A stretch of 64,000 nucleotides of DNA from Azolla caroliniana (taxonomy: Eukaryota; Plantae; Polypodiophyta): contig JBHGNT010000014.1 of assembly GCA_043228905.1 (NCBI GenBank), positions 8,494,001 through 8,558,000 of the forward strand. The letters are read 5' to 3'. Below, piece after piece: positions 12,363 through 23,774 of the stretch. Both the position numbers and the translations under genes were made by a program. The notes below the pieces were generated by a model that was given only the letters and a program-made list of their open reading frames with translations, searched no databases and was not told where the DNA came from. The stretch's first letter is position 1. The number at the start of each line of letters is the position of its first letter.

Positions 12363-12800
12363 TGTTGTCAGCTAGAATAGTAACCGACAGACAAGAGCGT
12401 AGGAATAAGAAATAATATAAGATCATAACGCATGCAACGGTTCACGCAGGAAGCGTGAACGGCTAAATAGACCTTGCGTATATAAAGGGCAAAAAACCTC
12501 TGATAGAGGGAGCGTGTATTTTGGGAATGTAAAGAAGCGTATCGTAATAGAATTCTATCTTCTTTGAAAGTCTGTGTATAGCTACGGCTACTCTACTGTG
12601 TGTCTGGAATATCTGAGCGTCTAAGAACGTGAGTGTAACCATTGCTAAGGAGTCGGTTGTAGCCATCTCCCTTATACGTTGATAGGTTACGGGGAACATT
12701 CCCCTACACATTACGCATAGAAACCCCATTCGTTGTTCCACAATCACTTGGAGGTCTAGGTCGAAGGACTGACCGCAAACCGTGTTCCTAATCGGTAACA
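12363..12800 (+). repeat. 3' LTR of G2
   Basis: Direct repeat of 3259-3696, followed by TSD GGATC. Confidence 0.95.
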
Positions 12801-13052
12801 GGATCAACATGAGCTAGAATAGGAGCTGATGTAAATGATTTCTTGAGATCTACAAAAGTTGTATCCGCTGCATTAGTCCAAACAAATGATTGCCCCTTCT
12901 TTGTAATTTGTGTGAGGGGAAAAATAAGCTTCGAGTAAAAAACTTTGCATGTCTCACAATAATCGTGGTCTGCCACTCTAACATTGTTTGGACCTTAGCT
13001 GGATCCATAGAGATTCCTTCAAAGGAGATGACATAGCCTAAAATTTCCACAT

Positions 13053-16000
13053 AACACCGGGACATTTGAAACAGGTAATATGTCACATTTTGAGAACTGT
13101 CCATCAAAAAATGACACAAATTAGGGTGATTCACAAAAAGGGGTGCCGCATGCGTAAAGGAATTTTAAAAATGACCCAAAAATATATTGATTTTTAACAT
13201 GTACGGAAATTTAGGTGTTCAAAAAAATGCCTAAATAATGGACATGCCAAACTTACAAATGAATGTCCAAAATGACTAACCCCAATATTTATAGAAATTC
13301 TGAATCCAAATCTTGATGTGCAATACAATATTTATAGTTAACGTATCAGGACAATCATTTTTCAAGTTTATGTCATCATCTTCATACCCATTAGATGAAC
13401 TTGTACGAGTTTATGAGGTCTCATCCTCATCATCAATGGCAACTAATGCATTGTGTTGATCCAATTGCAATCCAACCTCATCGAGTTTATGAGTCATGCT
13501 TCTTGTTTGTCTTTGTGTTGTGTCTAAAGCCACATTCCAGATCCTCTTTTAGTATCTTCATTGTGGTCTGTCACAGATAACTTGTTTTGGTCAAAGATAA
13601 GTCATACACTAATATATAAACATTATCCAATGTAAGAGTAGATGTGCTTGATGCATCTTTCCTCCTCACTTTTTGGCTATGATATTTCATTATGTACTTT
13701 CCATTTATAAGATTAGATTATGTGAGAGAAGCTTTCTACCAAAATCATTAGAATCTAAAAAATGTCTTAAAGATGTTTTCCATTTTTCTTAGATTCTCAT
13801 AGTAAGCCTTTGATGTCGTACAGAAATCCGATTCATTCCATCTAGATTTGACGCTACATGTCGAATTTTACTCTATACATCTAGAATTGGATATAATACA
13901 TCAGATTCCTGTAAGTCTTGGAATTTTTTAAAAATTTCCATTAAAAAAATACTCTTGCATTTTAATGCATTGCATTGAATTCTAGCTACATAGACTAAAA
14001 TATGATACATTGCATGGATTTCCCGAAAATACATAAATAAATACAAATTGAAAAAATAAAACATTTTCCCATAAATAAATAAATAAACATTTTTTATTTT
14101 ACTCGTAAATAAATAAATAAAAATTGAAAAATTAGATTTCAATGGAAATCCAATTCCGTGCATCAGATTCAATTGAAAATCCAATTTCTCTAATTTTTTT
14201 GAAAATTTTCTTATTTATTGAATTGTTTTTGAATTTGTTTTTATTTTTCCCATACAAAAATAAATAAAAATTGAAAAAATGGATTTTCAACGGAAATCCG
14301 ATGCACTGCATCGGATTTTGGTTAAAAGTCCACTTTTACGTATTTTTTTCAAAATTTCCTTTTTTTTGAATTGTTTTGATTTTTTCTATAAAAAATAAAT
14401 AAATATTGAAAAAATAGATTTTCAATGGAAATCCGATGCATAGCATCGGATTTCCGTAGAAAATCCACTTTTTCTTATTTTTTTCCAAATTTTCATAGTT
14501 TTTAGAATTTTTTTGGTATTTTGTTTGTCTATTTTCTCATAAATAACTATATTGAAATTGAAAAAATGAATTTTCAAAGGAAATCCGATGCATTGCATTA
14601 GATTTCTATTGAAAGTCCACTTTTTGCTATTTGTTACCAAATTTTCATATTTTAAAATATTTTTTTGTAGTTTTAAATTTTTTTTTCATTTTTTCCCATA
14701 AATAAATAAATAAATATTGCAAAAAATGGGTTTTCAACAGAAATCCGATGCACTACATCGGATTTCTATTGAAAATCCATTTTGTCTTATTTGTTTCCAA
14801 TTTTTCAGATATTTTGAATTTGTTTTTGTATTTGTTTTGAATTGTTTTTGTTTTTATCATAAATAAATATATAGGAATTGAAAAAAATGGATTTTCAACG
14901 GAAATCCGATGCACTACATCGGATTTCCATTGAAAGTCCACTTTTTCTTGTTTGTTTACAAATTTTCTTATTTGTTGATATTTTTCTCTAAAAAAGTGTT
15001 AAAAATAAACAAATTGTGATTTTCTCCATTTAAAATGATGTGTTTTCAACAAGAATCCGATGCAGTGCATCGGATTCCCGTTGAAAACAGATCATTTTCA
15101 ATAGGATTTTCAATGGAAATCCGATGCATTTCCGTTCAAAATTACTGAGTTTCAACAGAAATCCGATGCAGTGCATCGGATTTCCGTTGAAAGTCCAATA
15201 TTTTTCTTATGTTTTTTCATAAAACATTAATTTGCAATTGAAATCCGACTCAATGGTTCAGATTTTGTTGAAAATGTAATATTTTTTTATTATCTCATTG
15301 TTTTATGAAAAACCTAAAAGAAATTTGGATTTTTAATTGAAATTCGATGTAGTGCATTAGATTTCAATTGGAAATCCACTTTTTTAATATATTTTTATTT
15401 ATTTTTTGAAAAAATGAAAAACAATTGAAAAGAAAGAGGATTGCTAGCTAAAATCTGATGCAATGCATCAATGTCTAGCTGTATAGACTACGATGTGATG
15501 TAGTGTATCGGATTTCAATTGCAAAGCCATTTATTATTTTTTTATATGGAAAATAAATAAATAAATAACATTGGAAAAAGAAAAAAGAAAAATGGATTTT
15601 CGACTCTAATCTAACGCATTGCATTAGATTCTAGCTATATATACTAAAATATAATGTAGTGCATAGTATTTTAGCTGAAAATCCATTTTTTATTTTTTAA
15701 TGGAAAAAATTTTAAAAATTACAAAAAAAAAAAACTTGGATTTTCAACTGAAATCTAGTGCATCGCATTGGATTCCAATTAAAAATCCAAGGTTTTTTAT
15801 TTTTTCAAATTTTATTGTTTCAAATTTTCAATGGGTTTTAGATTAGTTTTCTGACACAGGTATATAATATAAAACTTACATCAATTTAGATTAACGTTAT
15901 ATTCTATTCTTCAGTTTGATGTTACCTGTGCAATTTCATTCTACTGTCATGTACTACTAAAACATACGCCTTAAAGATTATCAGGAACTCTGTTGCATTA

Positions 16001-16968
16001 GAGAAGGACCTTGAGCAAGTTAATGTCATCAAAATGAGGATCCAAGGTATCTGGGGTTGTCCTGATCAAGACCAAGAAGTTGGGGCAAAGCATATCAATA
16101 AAACTTAGATGTTCCAGATGACTTTTAGAAAACTTGTGGAACTATAGATGAAGACGCAGGGCAACTTGTTGAATTAGAAGACGTTTCAGAGTCTAAACAT
16201 ACTAACAATTCAACTTAGTGTACTGACGAAGCCAATGAGGACAATCCTGATGAAAGAACTAATCCTGAGTAGACGGCTTTACCAGACTTATTATTCGATT
16301 GAATGGTTATGGCTTATTGTAAATTTTGAACAATATGAATTGTTAAATTTTGACGTAATATATCAGTTGAGCTTACTTATAATTTTCATGTAACAATCAT
16401 TGAACTTAGAAATTAAGTATACTTGTATGTGTACATGTTATCTAAACTCTCCTTTATCATTTGGGGTATATCGGAGATAAGTTTATACTCTATCATTTAC
16501 TCGTATGATTGGAATGTTATTGTAGACTAGTTTATTTATACATTGACAGTGTCATGTATCACGTGTCAATAGAAATTTTCTCTTGACATAGTAGTATCTT
16601 AATTGCAAGGTTCACAATTTGCTTTAAGATGTATTATATTTAAATATACACACATAATTAGAAGAAGTCACTTATTCAATGGGGCATGCTTTTTAGAATA
16701 TGCACAAGGACCCATGTTACTATTATACTTGTGTTGACAAATACACCCCTGTCTAAGATTTGGACAAAAACATGGTAGATAGAATATACGTCGGATGATT
16801 TTGTTGACGTGATATTAGTTAGTTCTTTTTTTCGCTATGTTTTCATAAACCACATACACATGCGTCGTGCCTTGTTGAAATTCTGCTTAAATAAAGCATT
16901 TTTTAACATCTCACTAAGATATGAAAAAGAGAATGCGACATATTACATGTTTCAAATGACCCGGTGTT
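13053..16968. mobile_element. Non-autonomous TIR DNA transposon, superfamily undetermined
   Basis: About 37-bp TIRs AACACCGGG(A/T)CATTTGAAACA(G/T)GTAATATGTC(A/G)CATT. The 4-bp TSD ACAT (13049-13052 and 16969-16972) restores the host RT frame (..DYKHVEILGY..). No recognisable transposase. Confidence 0.85.
13950..15790. repeat. Array of about 14 roughly 50-bp palindromes separated by AT-rich spacers
   Basis: Consensus GGATTTTCAA(C/T)GGAAATCCGATGCA-nn-GCATCGGATTTCC(A/G)TTGAAA(A/G)TCC near 14281, 14417, 14568, 14728, 14889, 15042, 15148, 15328 and 15738, among others. Confidence 0.9.
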
Positions 16969-18548
16969 ACATGTTTATAATCAAAACTATAAGTCTTTTC
17001 GAGTTTTGCATAAAGACCATGTTCTCGTAGTCGTTTTAGTACTAATCGTACATGAGAATCATGCTCCTCCTCTGTTCTTGAATAAATTAATAGATCATCC
17101 AAGTAAATGATCATGTCCAAGAAATATCGAAATATATCATTGGCCATGTGTTGGAAGACTGTTGGTGCATTGGTGAGGCCGAGTGGCATAACCATATACT
17201 CAAAATGCCCATATCGAGTGTGGAAAGCTATCTTCCATTCGTCTCCCAGTCGGATCCGTATGAGGTTATATGCTCCTCATAAGTCGATCTTTGTGACAAA
17301 ATTTGCACCATTAATCCTTTCTAAAAGACTCGAGATCAGAGGAAGTGCATACCTATTCCTGATACTGAGCTTATTCAAGCCATGGTAATCCACAACTAGA
17401 CGAAGTGATCCATCCTTTTTCTTTACAAAGAAAATAGGTGCGCCGGCTGGAGATTTTGAATGTCAAATGAACCCATTTGCCAAGTTTTCCTCTATGTAGG
17501 CTCGAAGAACTTCAAGCTGGGTTGGTGACAAGTTCTAGATTGGTCCCCACGATGGCTCTTTTCCTGTTTGTAAATCAATGGGACAATCATACGGTTGATG
17601 TTGAGGAAGAGTACTAGCTTTTACCTTATCAAAAACGTCGGCATAATGGTGATACTTCTTTGACAATTGAATTGTTGACTCCTTAATGATATTGGAGGGT
17701 TTCGCTTATACTACGAAAACAAACATTGGTTCTTTTCGTCTTTCCTCACACAATTGATGTAGCGAAATGGTTGAAATTCTATGAGTGGCTGCTTAGGGTT
17801 GGCGATACCTGATTTCTCTTGTTCTCCAATCGATTTTGTGGTTGTGTAATTCGAACCATGGTAACCCCAAGATAATTGAATGCTCTGAACTACTAATTAT
17901 ATTAAATGATATTGCACACGCCAAATTATCTAGAACAACATGAACCAGCTCTAACTCTTCTACGATATTTCCGGAATCAATGGGTCGACCATCAATGACT
18001 ACTACAGAAGTTGTGCAAGGAAGCTTTCTTAGGGATATCTGGTGAACTTGGGCAAAAAATTTATCCATGAAGCAAGACTTGGCTCCGGTATCTAAGAGTG
18101 TTAAGACATGTACTAGAGGGTTACTTATAGTACTAACTTTTACTTGAGCTAAGAACACCTTGCTAATTTTCTTAGAAGGAATGAATTCAGGGTTGTCCAA
18201 CCAAACGGCTCCTATCTTGGTTGGACTTAATCGTTTAACTCTTCTTCTAGTTGACTGAGGACTTCAAATTTGTTTGATAGATTTCGGCTAATAGGATTTT
18301 CAAACACTCCTAGTGAAATAAACTTCGGTTGAGTACTAGCAACTACTTGATTTACTTGTCTTTTTGGTCTATGGGGACAATTTACTGCAATATTCCCTGG
18401 TCCACCGCAATACAAACATAGGCGATTTGCTCGGTGCCATTGGTTTTCCTCTTCCGACAATGGTCCACGATGACGTGTGGTGTCGATTTCGAATGGTGTG
18501 GGCGTATTTGTTGGAGACACATTATATGACTCTTTTGCGAAAGGTTTT

Positions 18549-21500
18549 TGAATAAGTGAATATGTGGAAGCTAAGACAGAACCCGCTTCGCCGAACAGCA
18601 ATAAAATACATACAAGTTTAATGGAACCTTAAAAATACACGGGAGAGACAAAGAGAGCAGAACAATAAAATTAATTCAAAACATTAACATTCTTTACATA
18701 CAATGTGCTCAGTGAGCACTTTTATACAAGTCCTTAAAAGGACTTACATGTACTTCAATGCTCAGACGATTGACTGACACTGACTCCTAAAAATATACCT
18801 ACATACTAGGCTAGATTCATAGGCCTCAAATGGCCCACCGGTACCAATCCGCTCCGGCTCCTAGTTCCAGATACCATCTAGACACCGATCCGGTTCTTCA
18901 TTTTGGATTCCAATCCGGCTCTAGCTTGTTCAACCGATCCAGATCCGGTTGAGCTTGTCCGCTCAACACTCCTCCGCAAGCTCAACTTGAGGTCGAATCG
19001 TAGTGTCAGTGTTTGTGGTAGCCGGTCCTCTCCTCCGGCTCTTCCTAGCGTCCTCCCGCCTAGCTCGCACTCCTCATCCGGGCTGGTCCTGCTTTCCTCG
19101 ACCCGTCCGGTTCCGCACTCCTCTACCTTATCGGTTGGCTTATCTGCTCATAAGGCCCTTCTCAGCTCCTTCGCTGTTGTGACTCCAGGGCCTCTCGACC
19201 CGCCGGTTCCTCCATGTCGGTGTCGACTTCCGTTTCCTCCTTGTCTGTTTGGCCTTCAGTTGATCTGGCTCCTCCGATTCAAACTTTTCTTCATAATCGA
19301 CTCGTTCCAGCTATTGTCCGAATTGGCTGTCTCCAAATTGTCTTAGGTCTTCAGACCCTCCACGTCATTGGACCACATCCGTGTCTTGTGTCTTTTTGCC
19401 CTTCATGGCATTAACTCCCATTTTCCCGGTTTCCGTTCTGGTTCTCCCCATATGGATTTTTTGACCTTCTTGGCTTTACCTCTTGTTTTCCCGGTTTCCG
19501 TTCTAGTTCTAATTCTCCCCATATCAGTACCGGTTCTCCCTCTCAAGTTTGGCATGTCGAGATGCTGAAGACCAAGCATCTCAGAGAAGTGTTGCAACTT
19601 GTCGGTTCCATGGGCCTTCGTGAAGTTGTCGGCAACATGTTGATCCGTCCGGACATACCGGAGTTCTACTTCACCTCTAAGGACCCTCTCACGCACAAAG
19701 TGATAATGCACTTCTATGTGCTTCGTTCGAGCATGGAACACAGGGTTCTTGGCTGGCTGCATGCTACTCATGTTGTCGCAGTAGATCGGGATCAGAGTCG
19801 GGACTTTGATCCAAAGGTCTTGCAGCAACCGTCGAAGCCAAATGGCTTCATAGGTAGCAATGGTGGCGCCCCGATATTCAACCTCAATGCTCGACAAAGC
19901 CACAGTTGGCTACTTTTTGTTGTTCCACACAACAACCGCGCTACCTAGAGAAAACATGAATTTGGAAGTGGACCGTCAATCCGATGCATCTCGGGCCCAG
20001 TCGGCATCTGTGTGTATCTAACTAGCTTTTCCATTATACTGTGTCCGTATAACAATCCTCGGTCCTTAGTACCATTGACATACCTCGGTATTCGGTGTGC
20101 GCACTAAAGGTGCTCCACAGTCGGCTTCGACCGAGTAACTAATGTCGGGTCGGGTGATTGTCAAATAAATAAGGCTTCCGACAATTTATCGAAACCATTT
20201 CTCATTGCAGGCCGGTCTGGAGTCGGGACGAATCTTTACGTTCCGGTCCAGGGGTGTGGAGATTGGTCGGCAATTCTTCATGCCAAACTTGTACAGCATA
20301 TTCAGCACATAATGTCGTTGAGATAACAATATGCCGTCGGTGGTGTGGATCACTTCGATCCCAAGAAAGTAATGACAACTGGGACTTCACTTGGCCGATT
20401 TCAGCAAGGTCGGCTTCGGTGATAACTAGATCATCCGCGTATAACAAGATACATATTGAACCTTCCAGACCGTTCGGGATAAATAGCGAAGAGTTCGACT
20501 TTGAGGACACAAAACCCATCTTATGCAACTGGTGCGTGATATTCCAATTCCAAGCACGGGGGGCTTGCTTCACGCCATAAAGGAATTTCTTGAGCCGGCA
20601 CACTACCAACTTGTTCATCTCCGCCTAAAAATCGGGGGGCTTGCTTCACGCCATAAAGGGATTTCTTGAGCCGGCACACTACCAACTTGTTCATCTCCGC
20701 CTAAAATTCGGGGGGCTAGATCATGTAGACCTATTCTTCAAGGTCACCTTGAAGAAATGCATTCTTCACGTCCATTTGGTGAAGATGTCATCCCCTTGCC
20801 GCAGCAACCGCTAGCACCACACGAATTGTCGTCATCTTCGCTACTGGAGCGAAGGTCTCGTCGTAGTCGATTCCGTGGGTCTTCACGTATCCTTTGGCCA
20901 CTAATCGGGCCTTATACCAGTTGACCAAACCATCAGCATTGTACTTTACCTTATACACCCACTTGCAACCGATCGGTTTGCAATGTTGGGGAGGATCAAC
21001 CAGGTCCCATGTGTCATTGGCATCAAGTGCCCGCATATCTTCCTCCATAGTGGCATGCCAATGTGCATCTTCTGCCGCTTCTACGTAACTCTCCAGCTCA
21101 CGCACTTCCACCACTTTCGTCATGTACGCATAGTGATGCACTATGTATTTGTTATACCTGTACCTCTTTACGGGGCTCTTTTGGCGGGTCGATAGGCGTA
21201 ACGTCGCGTTCGCTGATTGCAAAGCCCGCTTGGCCAGCTTGGACATCGTTCCCGAAGGTTTGTCTTCATTTTGTTCGGAGTCGGATTCATCCCAATCCAA
21301 CTCGTCTTTGCCAGTGGCGTATTCCACAATCTTCTTCATCCTCTTTTCCTTCTCTTTGCGCGTGAACCGTCTCCTCGGTCCCTTGCGCGGGGAAAGCACG
21401 GACGAGTCTCCACTACTGGTCGGCTCTTCATCAAACTGATCATTCTGACTCAAGCGCTCATGCAGCCCACTTAGCTGGAATGAGATCGGACTCACATCTA

Positions 21501-21790
21501 GAGTACCAAATCCTTCTTCATCTTCTGCCCCGATCGTTTCGGGCTCATTGGCCACATCCTCCGGAATCGGGTCAGAGTCGGTAGAGAGTACCATGATGAC
21601 GACTCATCAAATTCGACATCTCAGCTCACTCGAACTTGTTTTGTTCGGGGGTTATAGCACTTATAACCCTTTTGCTCATGTGAGTAGCCGATAAGGATGC
21701 ACTTCTCCAACTTTGGGTTCAGCTTTCTCCGCTTATCATCCGGCACATGCACATATCCGACACATGCACATATCCGACACATGCACATAT
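18549..21790 (-). mobile_element. Ty1/copia element A, 3' half (integrase tail, RT, RNase H, PPT, 3' LTR 18549-18968)
   Basis: [52 protein letters not shown]; minus-strand GCGGAGGAG next to the LTR start TGTTGAGCG. Confidence 0.9.
20557..20717. repeat. 76-bp tandem duplication in copia A RT
   Basis: The unit is bounded by microhomology CGGGGGGCT at 20557, 20633 and 20709. Confidence 0.85.
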
Positions 21791-23774
21791 GGCATTGAGT
21801 GCGTATAGAGAGGTGCAAGTAGGATTTGAACCTTGCACCTCTAACATAGGAGGTAATTCCTTGTCATATTCAGTATTCCATAGGAAACAAATATACAAAC
21901 CCGTGTGCACAAAACCATGGTTTTTAAGCCCATGGTTTTGTGCATGTCACAAGCAAAACCGTGTGCACGAAAACCATGGTTCCAAGCCCATGGTTTTGCA
22001 CATGAGAGATCTATAAATTCCTAGTAGGGCTTGTGTAAGGGGAGCTCAATTTGGAGATCATCATCATCATCATCAATAATAATAATAATATAATCTTCTT
22101 ATTCTTCTTCTTGACATTTATTTACTTCTCAAGTGTACAATCTTTGATCTTCTCAAGTGTAATAGTGTTTCCTTGACTCTTAAAATTGACATCATCCTCT
22201 TTACAATAACTTGGTAAACGTCTTCCCTGGTCCAAGACCCCGGTGGTCCCGCTCAAGTAGCACATGCACACGCGAATCTTCGCGACATCATTTGGTGAAC
22301 CCAACGTGAAGAGCCGCAAGGGAGGACGACGATGGATGAGGAATATCTCATGAAGGCAATGTCAAAGATGATGATGGAATTTTCGAGAGAAGGGAAAAGA
22401 CAAGATGCGGCTTAACAAGCCGTCGAATGCATGGTCGAGCGAGTCGGCTGTTTTGAGGGGAGCAAAGTCCAAATTTTTGTAAAGGCCTACAATGCCGAAA
22501 TGGATTCGAGAGATCTGAAAGAAGCAATGAGGCTAGAGTACTTTTGTCGAGTGGTGGCCGAACCAATCTACAAGGAGATGAAAGAGCTTCAAAAAGTCAC
22601 AATTCGTGGGTGTCCTTCGAAGTAGCTTTACGAGAGGCATATGGTTATGAGGAGCCGAAGGGACGAGGTCTATATGAGTTTGACCAATGGGTGTCATCGA
22701 GGAAAACCCACAAGAGTGCTATGCATGCATTCGTTGAGTTTGAGTATCGTTTCGCTCAACTCTCGGAGCAGGATCAAGGATTGGTGGGGGCGAATAAAGT
22801 CTTAATGTTCGTAAAGTCGATTGATCGGAAGGAAAGGAAGGCCATTGGAGTCCAACTCGAGGGATGATGACGATGGTGCGAATGGCTTCACTGAAATTTG
22901 GGCCGAAGTGAAAAGGGTATGTCAACAACATGACAAGAGGAAGATAGGAATCTTGTCGACAATGTCACGGCCCATGAGGGACGATCAAAGGAGGACGAGA
23001 TGTAGCCAAACGCCACCACCGAAGGAAGAAATTTTGAAGAGGGAAGGTTCGACGATACTCAACATTGAAGTCGTTATGAGAGAGGCATTCGAGAACTTAA
23101 AGGCGCAAATTGAGGTTGAAGAGAAGCGCTTCAAAAGGAGAGAAAACAGAGGGAGATGGTGATCAAGGAAGAAGAGACCTCCCAACAAATGCTTAGTAAT
23201 GATACAGGCAATACGAAGGCCTAGGTTCAGTACGACAGTACCACGGGAGAAGGTGTGGAACAAGCCACCTTTTCGACTTACGGAGAGACGACGGTCAAGA
23301 GAAAGGCTGAAGACTCGAGATCGGGAAATGCCTCTTTAAGAGTGGACGAGCATTTCGGAACACACGTTGTGTCAGAAATATCAATTGATGAAGGTGCAAG
23401 CATGCACAAAGCTTGCGTGATCGAGGGAGATAAAGAGTACAAGGCCCATGAGTCTAAAAAGATAGGCATGGAGAATGACATCAAGCCGAAGAGGGTAGAA
23501 AAAGATCATGAAGAGACTTTCCCCACAAAGGTTCTAGAGACTTGGGCATTAACCGATGTAAGACCCAAGAGACGGAAGCTGGCGTTGAGGAAGCAAAGGT
23601 CAAAGCCGATGCGAACAACCTTAAGGTGGAAGTGGCCAAGGGTAGCACAACAAAGGTGGACTACAAAAATGTATGGATCCTTGCACACTCGCTCAAGAGA
23701 CTTGAGCATTAACCGATGTAAGACCCAAGAGAAGGACAGTGGCAGCGAGGAAGAAAGGGTTGAAGCTAGTGCGT
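21791..23774 (+). mobile_element. Truncated tRNA-Trp-primed gypsy-family copy T1: partial 5' LTR (to 22287), PBS, decayed gag-like region
   Basis: LTR end ATCTTCGCGACA and PBS TGGTGAACCCAACGTGA (22293-22309) parallel element T3. Gag-like VERVGCFEGSKVQIFVKAY resembles T3 GQFDGRNVTKFLDAY. Confidence 0.7.

Larger units (their letters stand above)
3259..12800 (+). mobile_element. Full-length non-chromovirus (Athila/Tat-related) Ty3/gypsy element G2 with extra 3' ORF
   Basis: Two 438-bp LTRs, 5-bp TSD GGATC (3254-3258 and 12801-12805), PBS, domain order gag-PR-RT-RH-INT, no chromodomain, no additional RNase H seen. Confidence 0.95.
2843..18548 (-). mobile_element. Decayed Tcn1-like chromovirus (Ty3/gypsy) gag-pol, split by later insertions into 2843-3258, 12801-13052 and 16969-18548
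   Basis: Gag CLYCGGPGNIAVNCP, protease [29 protein letters not shown], RNase H EINYEVHGKELLA..FSDHKNL..ADALSRR. The reading frame is collinear across the TSDs GGATC and ACAT. The Tcn1 assignment is from motif style only. Confidence 0.8.

Noticed and set aside
13950-15790. CRISPR array
   Set aside because: Repeats are degenerate, spacers are long, low-complexity and similar to each other, there are no cas genes, and the context is a eukaryotic transposon.
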